From: an uncultured Clostridia bacterium
GTDB lineage: Bacteria > Bacillota > Clostridia > Lachnospirales > Lachnospiraceae
Length of the DNA stretch: 64,000 nt
Assembly (NCBI GenBank): GCA_946184675.1
Contig: CAMHFW010000001.1
Coordinates: 14,822 to 78,821 of the forward strand
Direction: 5' to 3'
Every line of letters begins with the position of its first letter. Within the stretch, counting starts at the first letter, position 1. The notes beneath the pieces were generated by a model. It ran no database searches. It was given only the letters and a program-made list of their open reading frames with translations, and was not told the DNA's origin. This document shows positions 17,798 to 27,800 of the stretch, one piece after another. The translations under genes were made by a program, and so were the position numbers.

Positions 17798-18487
17798 ATG
17801 AAAAAAGCACTTTGCATTCTGATATCCATGACTTTGCTGGTCGCCATGACTGCCTGCGGCGGGGCCAAAGAGGCTGAAACAAAAGCACCGGCAGCAACCG
17901 AAGCGGAAACGGCAGCCGAAACCCAGACCACCGGAGAATGGTCGCGGGACGGATACTTCACAGATAAAGATGGCAACTTCCTGTCCATTTCCTATTCAGA
18001 CGAAGAAAATGCGACCGGCTGGTACATAGGGTGCATGCTCGATGATGAATCTCACGGAAACATGCTTAAGGCAGAGGGCAATACCCTGCACGGCAACATC
18101 ATCCCCGAATATGAAGAAGGCGAATGTATCGTCACCATTTCCGAGGAAGGTGATAACGGGCTTATGCTTGAGGTCGAAGGCGGAAAAACCTACCATTTCA
18201 CAAAAACGGAGATGGAAAAAGCCGCCATCTCGGTCTATGTTCACGTAGAAGGCATAGGGCATTTTTCCTATGCGGAAGAAGGTACGGAACCCGACCGCAG
18301 CAAGTCCTATACCTCTGTACAGATCGCACTCCAGAATCCGGCCAGCTATGTATTTGCCGCCGAACCGGAAGAAGGCTACACCTTCGTAAAATGGACTCTC
18401 AACGGGGAAGACTATTCCACAGAAGCCGAAATCACTGCCGAACTGACAGAAGACGCGGAGTATACAGCCGTGTTCGAGCAGGAATGA
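17798..18487 (+). CDS. Lipoprotein of unknown function
   Basis: Signal peptide plus lipobox, MKKALCILISMTLLVAMTACGG. The gene starts 2 nt after the aroA stop. Confidence 0.7.
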   Translation: MKKALCILISMTLLVAMTACGGAKEAETKAPAATEAETAAETQTTGEWSRDGYFTDKDGNFLSISYSDEENATGWYIGCMLDDESHGNMLKAEGNTLHGNIIPEYEEGECIVTISEEGDNGLMLEVEGGKTYHFTKTEMEKAAISVYVHVEGIGHFSYAEEGTEPDRSKSYTSVQIALQNPASYVFAAEPEEGYTFVKWTLNGEDYSTEAEITAELTEDAEYTAVFEQE

Positions 18488-18807
18488 CGGCTGCCGGCTC
18501 AAAATGCTAAGGTGCTGTAAAAAAGCCCCTTTTTATATTATGATACGTGGACAGTGTATAATTACCCGAAGATTATGCCGATTTTATATACACTTTTACA
18601 GTTTTCTTCATAAAATGCAGATTATAACCAGAATTATACGAAATCGCTGCCCGGATTATTATTCAACCCGCAAAGTTTGTCTGCAATAGCATTCAGAGAG
18701 TGCACAAAAAAAGAAGAAATGAAAAAAATTATACATCGGCCTTTTCAAAGCATGTATAATTCGCCTGAAAAAACATAGTTTTTGTTGATAAAGCAAGAGA
18801 AAGCACA

Positions 18808-18853
18808 AAGAACCACCAGTTCAGCCAAATGCCGATCTGGTGGTCTTGTTTTT
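18808..18853. terminator. Hairpin terminator in the convergent gap (lipoprotein gene on +, TPR gene on -)
   Basis: Stem ACCACCAG/CTGGTGGT (18812..18819 with 18837..18844), followed by CTTGTTTTT on the plus strand. The minus-strand flank is also T-rich. Confidence 0.5.
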
Positions 18854-18899
18854 CAGGAACTTTTTTACAGCTCCTTTTATTATATGCTCTTCCTGCGGC

Positions 18900-20492
18900 T
18901 TACCAGCCGACATTCTCGCCGCCGCTGCCGTCGTCTGCATAGCTGCCGTCATCGACATAAGCGCTGTCGTCCGCATAGCTGCTGTCATCGGTTATGATGG
19001 TGTCATCCGCGTACATGCCGGAAGCATCTGCTCCGGTGGTCTCTGCCGAATCCTCACCGCTGCCTTCTTCCTCTTTCTGCTTCTTCAGCTGTGCCTGCAC
19101 AGCCTCGATATCCAGACCGTCCTTGATCAGCTGCTGCAGGTATGCTTCTGCATCCGCATAAGCGCTGGAATCCGGATAATCATCCAAAAGCCTCTGATAG
19201 CAGACAGCCGCATTGATGGTATCTCCCAGCTGATGGTAGGATCTTCCCATGTAATAAAGCGCCGTACTGTAACTGTCATCCAGGCGGAGCACCTTGATAA
19301 AGCCCTCTACAGCGGCCAGATATTCCCCGTTTTCGTAGTTGCTCTCTGCCTCCGCAAACAAATCCTCTGCGGCTGCTGTTCCAACCGTTCCCATCATACG
19401 CTTGTAGATGGATTTATCTGTCTCGTCCGTGATTGCTGCCGGATCGATCTCAGCAAGCACCTTAGCCGCCTCGGTACGATTTCCCTGCAGATAATAGTTG
19501 ACTGCCTGCCTGAGAGAGTCTCCGCCGGTTCCGGAACCGGTACTGACGCCTCCCATCTGCGCCTCATAGATGTCAACTTTGTCCTGCAGTTCCTTGACAT
19601 CATTCTCCAGATCGGATATCTGCTTATTTCTCTCGGAAAGCTGGGCGCTGTAATCCACCACCGCTTTATTGTATTCCAAAGTCTTACTCTTGGAAATGGA
19701 AGGCACCAGAAGCAGCCACACCACTGCTGTTCCGATCACGATACCGATCAGAATATTGATAAAAGAGAGAAATCCCGTATTATACTCCGTGTATCCCTGC
19801 CTTCCCTTGTCCTCGATGACAATGGGATTGGGATCGCTGATCCGCATGGCTTCACCGGAACGCAGCCGCTGCGGCCTCTCCACATGCGCATTTACCTCCT
19901 TGAGGTAGCGCAGCGTTGTCATATTGTTTCGGTCAACCTTGACCGCTTTCATCAGAACCTTGCGGGCAGCGGCATAATGCTCACGCCGCATATACAGCAG
20001 GGCCAGCAGCTGATACGCACGGATATAGCCCGGATTCATATTGACGACTTTCTTCAGTTCGATAATGGCCATATCCGGGGTGTCATCATGGATATTCTGC
20101 AAAGCAGTATTATACATGCGTATGATATTGCCTGCTTCCCTTAATTTGTCAGGACGATTCTGGATTTCCTCTATGTAGGAAGACGCAAGATTGCCCTCTC
20201 GGCGGAAATTAGTACTGATGACCCACTCGCTGAGCGCGGAAACAATCTCCCCGGTCTGATAATAGATCAGTCCGAGAAGGTTTCTTGCGTCGATATTTCT
20301 CTTATTATACTTCAGCGCCTGCCGAAGGTGGGTCTCTGCCCCGGAAAGGTCCCTGGCATCGACAAGAGCGAGCGCCTCATTATAATGTCTGTTGGATGCA
20401 TATATTACCTTTTTGACCACCGGATCCTCATAACCGCAATGCGGACAGATATATACATTATCCAGCAGCCAGTCACATCTGCGACAGTTCAT
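18900..20492 (-). CDS. Zinc-ribbon / TPR-repeat single-pass membrane protein with a coiled coil and an acidic YADD-repeat tail
   Basis: N-terminal CRRC...CPHC; TPR-like repeats; TM segment FLSFINILIGIVIGTAVVWLLLV; coiled coil SERNKQISDLENDVKELQDKVD; more TPR repeats; C-terminus DDSSYADDSAYVDDGSYADDGSGG. Confidence 0.75.
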   Translation of the reverse strand: MNCRRCDWLLDNVYICPHCGYEDPVVKKVIYASNRHYNEALALVDARDLSGAETHLRQALKYNKRNIDARNLLGLIYYQTGEIVSALSEWVISTNFRREGNLASSYIEEIQNRPDKLREAGNIIRMYNTALQNIHDDTPDMAIIELKKVVNMNPGYIRAYQLLALLYMRREHYAAARKVLMKAVKVDRNNMTTLRYLKEVNAHVERPQRLRSGEAMRISDPNPIVIEDKGRQGYTEYNTGFLSFINILIGIVIGTAVVWLLLVPSISKSKTLEYNKAVVDYSAQLSERNKQISDLENDVKELQDKVDIYEAQMGGVSTGSGTGGDSLRQAVNYYLQGNRTEAAKVLAEIDPAAITDETDKSIYKRMMGTVGTAAAEDLFAEAESNYENGEYLAAVEGFIKVLRLDDSYSTALYYMGRSYHQLGDTINAAVCYQRLLDDYPDSSAYADAEAYLQQLIKDGLDIEAVQAQLKKQKEEEGSGEDSAETTGADASGMYADDTIITDDSSYADDSAYVDDGSYADDGSGGENVGW

Positions 20493-20508
20493 CTACTGCC
20501 CCCTTTAT

Positions 20509-20664
20509 TTAACTCCTGCTGCCGCCGGCGGCTTTGAGTTCCTTTGTAATCTCTTCAATCAGGTCCATAACATCGCGCAGGTCATTCTGATAAATGGCAT
20601 CCTCCGCTTTGTCAATCTCCAGACTGGGCTTAAATTTCTTTAGTTCTTCTTCAAAGTTGATCAT
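20509..20664 (-). CDS. Small hypothetical protein (51 aa), below the ORF-track cutoff
   Basis: Manual translation: MINFEEELKKFKPSLEIDKAEDAIYQNDLRDVMDLIEEITKELKAAGGSRS. A GGGAGGG RBS lies 7 nt upstream. The start overlaps the folC stop by 14 nt, and the ORF's own 3' end supplies the AGGAG for the next gene. Confidence 0.5.
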   Translation of the reverse strand: MINFEEELKKFKPSLEIDKAEDAIYQNDLRDVMDLIEEITKELKAAGGSRS

Positions 20665-21973
20665 CTGTATTCCCTCCCAGAGAGTTCTTGATCATTCCTA
20701 CCAGATACAGAGACCCTGTACAGATCATAATGCCTCTGTCGTCCATTTTCTCACGGCAGGTCCGGATCGCTCCGGCCACATCTGCCGCCACGCGGACACT
20801 TCCGTCAAAGTATTTATGGAACTGACCTGCCACCCGGAGCGGGCTCAGGCTTCTTTCTCCGTCGATCATGGTCACAAATACGCCCTGCAGATTCGGAAGC
20901 TGTCCCAGAACATGTGCCATTTCCGCATAGTCTTTATCATTTGCCACAGCAAAAACAATCCAGACCGGACGGCTGGAAAAGCTGGTCATGATCGACTCTG
21001 CCAGCATCTGCGCGCCGCCGACATTATGCGCGCCGTCCACATAAATCTGCGGAAGGACCTCTTCCAGTCTTCCGGGCCAATGCATCAGGGCCAGACCCTT
21101 GTCAATCGCCTCTTCACTGATCCCTGCAAGTGCCGGGTCGGTCTCCATCAGTCTTCTGACAGCCATCAGGGCCAGGCTGCTGTTTGCGATCTGGTAAACG
21201 CCTCTTGTGTTCAAATGCATGGGCCGGTCGTCCTCTTCACCGGGCAAATGCAGGGAAAAATCGATCTTGCTCCCGTTAATCACCAGATTTTTCACCATGG
21301 AAAAATCAAAGACATCCGGAAAGACACCTTTCTCTTTTGCTTTCTTTCTGATCACCTGCAGCGCCGCCGCATCGGTTCCGTCACAGACCAGGGGAACCCC
21401 TTCCTTGATAATGCCGGCCTTTTCTCCGGCAATCTTCTCAATCGTATCCCCGAGAATCGCCATATGGTCGAAGCTGATTGAAGTGATGACTTCGACTGCA
21501 GGCTTCTTTATAATATTGGTCGCGTCAAGCCTGCCTCCCAGGCCGGTCTCGATCACACCGCAGGACACGCCATTTCTGGAAAACCAGATCATAGCCATCA
21601 GATAAAGCCATTCAAAAAATGTCGGATGCGGGTATCCCTGCGCCGTTCCCTCATCCACTGCTGCCTTTACTTCCTCAAAAAGGGCGGCAAACGCTTCTCT
21701 GGAGATCTGCTTTCCGTCGACCCGCATGCGCTCTGTCATTTCCACCAGATGGGGCGATGTAAACATGCCCGTTCTGATCCCGCCGCTGCGCAGGATACTG
21801 TCAATATAAGCGCATACAGACCCTTTTCCGTTGGTACCCGCTACATGTATATACCGGAAACTCTGTTCCGGATGCCCGAAGCGCTCCAGAAGACGCTCCA
21901 TATTTTCAGCCGACTTTTCTTTGGTAAAACGCGGAATGTCATTGATGTAGGCCACAGCCTCCTGATAATTCAT
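20651..21973 (-). CDS. folC: Bifunctional folylpolyglutamate synthase / dihydrofolate synthase
   Basis: P-loop HVAGTNGKGS and Mur-ligase-type layout; 440 aa. Confidence 0.92.
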   Translation of the reverse strand: MNYQEAVAYINDIPRFTKEKSAENMERLLERFGHPEQSFRYIHVAGTNGKGSVCAYIDSILRSGGIRTGMFTSPHLVEMTERMRVDGKQISREAFAALFEEVKAAVDEGTAQGYPHPTFFEWLYLMAMIWFSRNGVSCGVIETGLGGRLDATNIIKKPAVEVITSISFDHMAILGDTIEKIAGEKAGIIKEGVPLVCDGTDAAALQVIRKKAKEKGVFPDVFDFSMVKNLVINGSKIDFSLHLPGEEDDRPMHLNTRGVYQIANSSLALMAVRRLMETDPALAGISEEAIDKGLALMHWPGRLEEVLPQIYVDGAHNVGGAQMLAESIMTSFSSRPVWIVFAVANDKDYAEMAHVLGQLPNLQGVFVTMIDGERSLSPLRVAGQFHKYFDGSVRVAADVAGAIRTCREKMDDRGIMICTGSLYLVGMIKNSLGGNTDDQL

Positions 21974-22000
21974 CCGGTATCCCTTCTTTCTGAATGTTAT

Positions 22001-22744
22001 CTAGTTCTCCAGCAGATAAGGCAGGAAATACCGGATCTGCTTTTTCCACCAGGGCCAGTCATGGCAGACATCATATCCCCAGAGGTCTACCCAGGCCCCG
22101 ATCCCCTTGCGGGAGAAAATGCTCTTTAAATGATGCACCGATGGAAGCCCCTGCTCCTCCCAGGGCCCCTGTCCTGCACAGATAATGATTTTTTTCTGAT
22201 TATAAATATCGATATACGGATGGTCTTCCGGCATATTCTCCAAAAATGATGTCGGAGAATTGTCATAGAGGACATCATTGCACCAGCCGTCCCAGAAATC
22301 CGGTGCATTGTAGCAGCCGGAAAGGCCCAGCATTCCGCCAAACAGGTCCGGGCGGCGGAGAAATACGATCGCAGCGTGTGTCGCGCCAAGGCTGCAGCCC
22401 ATGGTGACCGGCTGCCTGCCTGTCCCATTCACTTCCATGATGTAAGGAAGCGCCTCCTCCACGATATAACGGAAATAGCACTCCTGCATCCAGGCGCGGT
22501 GCCCCTTGTCTCCAAATGTATCTGACCAGCTCTCCCTGTCGATCGTGTCAACCGTGAAAAACTGGATCTGTCCGCTCTCTATATAATCTGCAACCGTATC
22601 GATCATTCCAAACCCTTCATAGTTGTCACACAGACTGTCCTGGGTCGGAAATGCCAGAATCGGAAGGCCGTCATGACCGTGCACCAGGATGTGCATATCA
22701 CGGTTCAAGTGCTGACTGTACTGTGTCAGTTCAAATCTCTGCAT
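22001..22744 (-). CDS. Esterase-family alpha/beta hydrolase
   Basis: GCSLGATHA nucleophile elbow (GxSxG); 247 aa with no signal peptide. Confidence 0.7.
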   Translation of the reverse strand: MQRFELTQYSQHLNRDMHILVHGHDGLPILAFPTQDSLCDNYEGFGMIDTVADYIESGQIQFFTVDTIDRESWSDTFGDKGHRAWMQECYFRYIVEEALPYIMEVNGTGRQPVTMGCSLGATHAAIVFLRRPDLFGGMLGLSGCYNAPDFWDGWCNDVLYDNSPTSFLENMPEDHPYIDIYNQKKIIICAGQGPWEEQGLPSVHHLKSIFSRKGIGAWVDLWGYDVCHDWPWWKKQIRYFLPYLLEN

Positions 22745-22770
22745 ATTGATATCCCCTTTAACTGATTGAT

Positions 22771-24864
22771 TTATATGATGTAGCGTTTTTTTGCTTCTTC
22801 TATGTATCTGGCAGTCCCTTCTCTTCCCGGCTGGGCAAGGAGTTCCTCCAATTGTCTGGCACGGTCGGAATCTTCATAGTCCAGCCCCGCCTGATCACAT
22901 TTTTCCGTGATCGAAGCCAGAACGCTCTCCGGGATCCGGTACTTCTCCGCCAGATCATGGAATGCTTCTTCATCTCCGCTCATATAATGGATAGAAAGAC
23001 ATTCACTGACAAGCGTGACATCTTCCTTTTCCTGAAATGCCTTTTGCAGACACTGGACTGCGCTCTGACGATCTCCCAGACGCAGGAGCGCCAGGCCCAT
23101 ATTATGCCAAAGGTCTGACCGGAAGCTCCGGGTCGACGAGGCCTGTGCCTCATGCTCAGAAAGCCAGATAGCATGCTGATACTGCAAAGCTGCAGCCATA
23201 TATCTGCCATAGCGATAGTAATAATCCGCTATCATGCCGGCCCTGGCAGCGGCATCCTGTTTGTCCAGCACAGCAAGAGCTGCTGCCACTTCCTTTTGCT
23301 CTGCCGGCGTGATGTAATCAGAAGCGCCAAAAAGAAAGCGCACCAGATCCGACATAGGCCGGCCCTCTTCCTTCATCCGTCTGAGCGACTCGGAAAAGCG
23401 GTCGTTTCCTGACAAATCATCCAGCCATCCAAAGAGCCTCTCATCGAAAAAGTCCCGGTCCAGTGCCGTAATATTCTCTTTCACATACCAGCACAGTTCA
23501 TCAAAAGCATAAACTCTGGTGCCGGTCCGCGGAATCTGCAAAGGACTCACGCTGCCAGGCAGAGAAGACTCCAGAACCCGGCCTTCTCCCTGCATGGCAA
23601 CCGGCTTTCCGTTTTCCTCTTCTTCCTCCAGCAGAATCTCCTGCTCCCACTTCTTTCCAGAGGAAGGAATCAGCTCGCCAAAGCCCAGATCGCTGAGACT
23701 CAGCTGCAGTCTTTTCTCTTCCAGATACCGGGCATGCACCAGGATCTTGGTCGTCTTTGCAGGCCTCTCCGGCAGCTCTTCCAGAGCGATCGGATATCTG
23801 CGCGTTTCTCCGGTCACCGCGTTCTGCGCGCCAAGTATGATTTCCGACGCGCCGTCCGGCACCAGGCAGACCGTTCCTGCTCCCGTAAACCATGCAGTCT
23901 GCATGGGAATCAGCGGCAGCCTTGCCAGCTTTCCCTTCTGGGAAATATAAAGAAAGATCTCATCTGTCGTCAGCTCTGTGTCCGCTGCGACAAACTCCGG
24001 CCTTGCCTGCGGCATGGCCATATAATAACTGTTGTAGCAGGCTCCTTTTACATAAAAGTTCTGTCCTACAAAAACATGACGCCGTTTAGCGCACAGAGCC
24101 TGCAGCGACCGGTTCATCCAGCTGCTGCCCTCACCTATTTCCTTAAATCCCTCGCCAACCAGATAAAAAGTCGAAATCTTGGTCTCGCCGGCGGCCGCCT
24201 TCAGTGCTTCCAGGAATGCCGCATCGCGGTCCATCTCCTCCTGCACCAGCTCACTGCCGCTCAGGTAGGCACGCAGGTCCTGCATGGCGGCACGTACGAT
24301 CGCCGGGTGTTTCTGACCGGAGATTGACAGGTGTTCATAGCGCAGACCAGCCTGATCATATTCAAAAATACCTACATCATTCATCCACAGTTCATGCCTC
24401 TGGGAAAGCGCGTAAAACTCGGCGCTCAGCATGTGGCTCATAACAGAAAAGGTATTTTCTGCTGCTCCTGTTCTCTCCCTGGCGGCAAGCAATGCCTGGC
24501 AGAGTGCCGGGGTCGTCTCCGGAACGGTAACTGTCAAATATACCCTGGCCTCGTCATCCTCCCCCTCCAGAATCCTGCAGAGAAACTCTCCGATCAGGTC
24601 CGCTTTGGAAAAGGATTCGGTCCCGATCATCAGATCCGGGCTGCCGTCAAGATCCGTCAGAAACCCCCGGACCGGGACACCCTCTCCCGCCTTTTCTGCT
24701 TCTGCAGCCGACTCGCCGGCAAGCCAGCTTCCGTCCGGCTTGCGCAGAAGCAGAGCAGGAATCTCCTGTTCTGCGGCGGGTTCCATTTTTTCCATATCAA
24801 AACAGCTCAGCTGCGATATTCCCTCACAGAGGTCTATCCCGACGATCTTCTCAAAACTATTCAT
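22771..24864 (-). CDS. Degenerate Hsp70/actin-fold protein with a C-terminal TPR-like helical domain (possibly DUF5716-type)
   Basis: IVGIDLCEGISQ (compare Hsp70 IGIDLGTTNS), LTVTVPETT (compare ITVPAYF) and FYLVGEGFK (compare LVGGSTR). The C-terminal ~200 aa are helical-repeat-like. An AGGAG RBS is present. Confidence 0.6.
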   Translation of the reverse strand: MNSFEKIVGIDLCEGISQLSCFDMEKMEPAAEQEIPALLLRKPDGSWLAGESAAEAEKAGEGVPVRGFLTDLDGSPDLMIGTESFSKADLIGEFLCRILEGEDDEARVYLTVTVPETTPALCQALLAARERTGAAENTFSVMSHMLSAEFYALSQRHELWMNDVGIFEYDQAGLRYEHLSISGQKHPAIVRAAMQDLRAYLSGSELVQEEMDRDAAFLEALKAAAGETKISTFYLVGEGFKEIGEGSSWMNRSLQALCAKRRHVFVGQNFYVKGACYNSYYMAMPQARPEFVAADTELTTDEIFLYISQKGKLARLPLIPMQTAWFTGAGTVCLVPDGASEIILGAQNAVTGETRRYPIALEELPERPAKTTKILVHARYLEEKRLQLSLSDLGFGELIPSSGKKWEQEILLEEEEENGKPVAMQGEGRVLESSLPGSVSPLQIPRTGTRVYAFDELCWYVKENITALDRDFFDERLFGWLDDLSGNDRFSESLRRMKEEGRPMSDLVRFLFGASDYITPAEQKEVAAALAVLDKQDAAARAGMIADYYYRYGRYMAAALQYQHAIWLSEHEAQASSTRSFRSDLWHNMGLALLRLGDRQSAVQCLQKAFQEKEDVTLVSECLSIHYMSGDEEAFHDLAEKYRIPESVLASITEKCDQAGLDYEDSDRARQLEELLAQPGREGTARYIEEAKKRYII

Positions 24865-24893
24865 AGCTGCTCCTTAGCTTATATGTTTCCGAT

Positions 24894-27800
24894 CTATCTG
24901 AGTGAAAAGAGCTTTTCCACTGCTCCGTCAAACCTGTCATATTCCCGGATGGTGTCCCTGAGCGTCTCTCTGTCTCCCAGGCGTTCACTCTCAATCATCC
25001 TGCTCACCCAGTCTGCACTGCCTGCTGTCTCGTCTGCTTTCAAAAGACCTGATCCGGCACTGTGCAAAACGCCGTCTCCCTTTTCCGTCAATTCATAGCG
25101 GAGAGTCTCCCCCGCAAACAAACGGAAAGAGGAAACAAAGATTCCGCCGACCGCGCGCTGCATGGGCTCTTCCACTGCCTCATTCCAGTCAGCATCATTC
25201 TTCACATAACGGATGCTGACATTGCAGGCCGGATCCGTAACATATACCAGATAGGTAAAATCTGTCAATGCGCGCGGCACCTGCGCTGTTCCGGAGAACT
25301 TCCGGAAGAACGGCATCAGGATTCCCCTGTTGATAAAAGAAGCGGTCTCATTGTAGATCCCCGTGTGTGCCTCCCCGCTCTTTGCCGTATCCTCGGCATA
25401 ATACCTGATCAGAGCCAGGCTGCACACATCATGCGCCGGTCCGCTCTGCTCCAGTTCGATTTCCAGGATCCGGAACAGATCCGGCTGCGCTTCTTCTTCT
25501 CCCTGCAGATAGCGGTAGGAATACAGTGCCAGGAAGGCTCTGACAATGCGCATATCCGGTCTCTCCCCGTAGTAGACGGTGAAAACACCTCCCGCCTCCG
25601 CAATCATGGACTCTGTAAACAAAGCAGAGCAGAGGAAACGCTCCTCCAGGGCAAAAGCAGGAACTTCAAAAGTCCGGGCCGCCTTCCAGACGGCATAAAG
25701 ATTTTCCACCGGTCCGTTATAATAGCGGACCAGATACTCCAGCATCACCTCATCATAGCGGCCGCTGGCAAATGCGCTGTAGGTCATCTCCGTGAGGAAA
25801 TCCTGCTCCTCATAATTCCTGGCGCGGATGGTCCTGGATGCCAGGCGCATAATACGCTTGACCTGAATATTCTCATAGCCATACTCATTCACCGCGCGAT
25901 AAGCCTTTTCATAAAGGCCGCGCTGAATGAAATACTCTATAATATGCGCTCTCTCAACAGCTCCCAGCAGCCGTATATCGATTTGCAGGAGATACTTTTC
26001 CAGTGTCTCCCCTTCATAATTGTCATAGTAATAATCGATCAGATTCTTTAATACGGTCTTCTGATAATGTCTGCTGACGAAACCCAGTCCCAGGGTCTGT
26101 TTATATACATCAATAGAAGTATCGTCACTCATCTGATACTTGAGGGCCCGCTCGCTTCGGTTCAGCAGTACTCTGGGATCTCCCGGGCACTCCTCATAAC
26201 AGCGGCGGATATATTTCCCCGCATCCATCATCCGGCTGAGTGTATAGTCAACGGTCGACATATATCGGCCGCCCTCCGCATCCTCAAACAGGATCTGATA
26301 GTCATCCAGATACAGGTCAACAATTGCCTGATTATCTGTCAAATCCTCGCAGATTTCCTCCTCCAGCTCCGCATAGCTGACGATGATGCGTTTCAGATGC
26401 GTGATATCGCCATGCACCTGAAGACGCTGCTTGAACATAACTGCAGGAAGTGACTTGATTACATGCGGTGTCAGCGATTCTTTTTTCAGATAATAACTAT
26501 ACAGCTCTGCCAGATTCTCATCGATCCGGCCTGCCCGCAACTGTTCAAACGTGAAAGCGCGGATGATCCCGTTATAATTGTCAAATAATTTCTCCAGTCC
26601 TTCCCGATGCTCGACAACATAGCGATAAAGGAAGGCTCTCTGGGCAACCGGCAGATGATTGTCATACTGGAAATAAATCAGGACAGCCAGCGGGAGCTCC
26701 TTGTCCTCTGTCAGATCCAGGGTGTCCATAAAGGCCTCATAAAGTCCCTGAGTGCGCAGAGCGGAATTGACCCCGAGCAGATAGATCTCATGGTCTTCCC
26801 TGGCCTTGCACCCGCCCTGTACCATCATATGAACAACAGCCTCCAGAACCGGCTTTGACTCATACTTTTCACAATACATCTTCATGGCCTGCAGGTATCC
26901 GGGATGGAAACGGTGCATCCGCAAGGTCAGATCTGCAAACCGGCCTATCACATCGCGGCTGAGCGCATCATAGCGTGCTCCCCAGATAAAGAGACTGCTC
27001 TCAAAATCACCGATCTCTCCCACCGAAGCCGGATTGAGGTTGAGCAGGCGGATGGCCTCCAGATAGTACAGATAACTGTGTCTGCCGCTGCTGTAGAGCT
27101 CTTTGAGCCGGCGCAGCTGCTTCATGACCTGTCCGCTTCCCTGCCGTCTTGGTTCCAGATGATTCAGCATCACGGCAAGTTCCCACTTGTCCTGGTACTG
27201 ACCCTCGGCATAAAAACGGATGGTGTCACGCACATACTGTGTATACTGCTCTTCCTGTCTGCTGCGGGCGTTGACGTAAAGATAATAGCTGTAATCTACG
27301 ACAGACTGATATCGCAGTTCTCTGCCATTGACGCTCTCCAGCACAAAAGCCGCCTGGTCTGCATGCCCGGCCTCCGCCAGCATATCTGCCTCCATCACGT
27401 GGTAGATGGGATTGCTGCTGTTATTCAGACAGCCGTCAATCTCTCCTGCCGCCTTCCGGAACCACTCCGCCTGCGGCATCCTGCCCAGCAGATAATCACG
27501 GTGCAGTTTCCCGTAATCCAGCAGACATCTTTGGAGCCTGCGGCGGGAAAGTTCCTTTTCTCCCTGTTCGCGATCCCTGCGGCACTCGACCGGAATCTCG
27601 ATCCTCTGACTGGCCGACTCCAGAATAATCCTGCCGCCGCAGAACCTGGCCGCTGCAGGGCGGACCCGGTACTCCAGCTGACAAAAGCTCCCCAGAAAAT
27701 CCTCCTCCGTAATCAGCTCTTTATAAACGGATAAAAAGGCTCCTTCGGTGCGCACTTTCAGTCTGACATGCCCCCACTGGCTCTTCTCTATAACCAGACG

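Noticed and set aside
18840-20144. 434-aa plus-strand ORF antisense to the TPR gene (similar cases: 3782..4693, 12359..13324, 26904..27734, 45311..46201, 49456..50157)
   Set aside because: All overlap confidently assigned genes on the other strand and show no recognisable domains.
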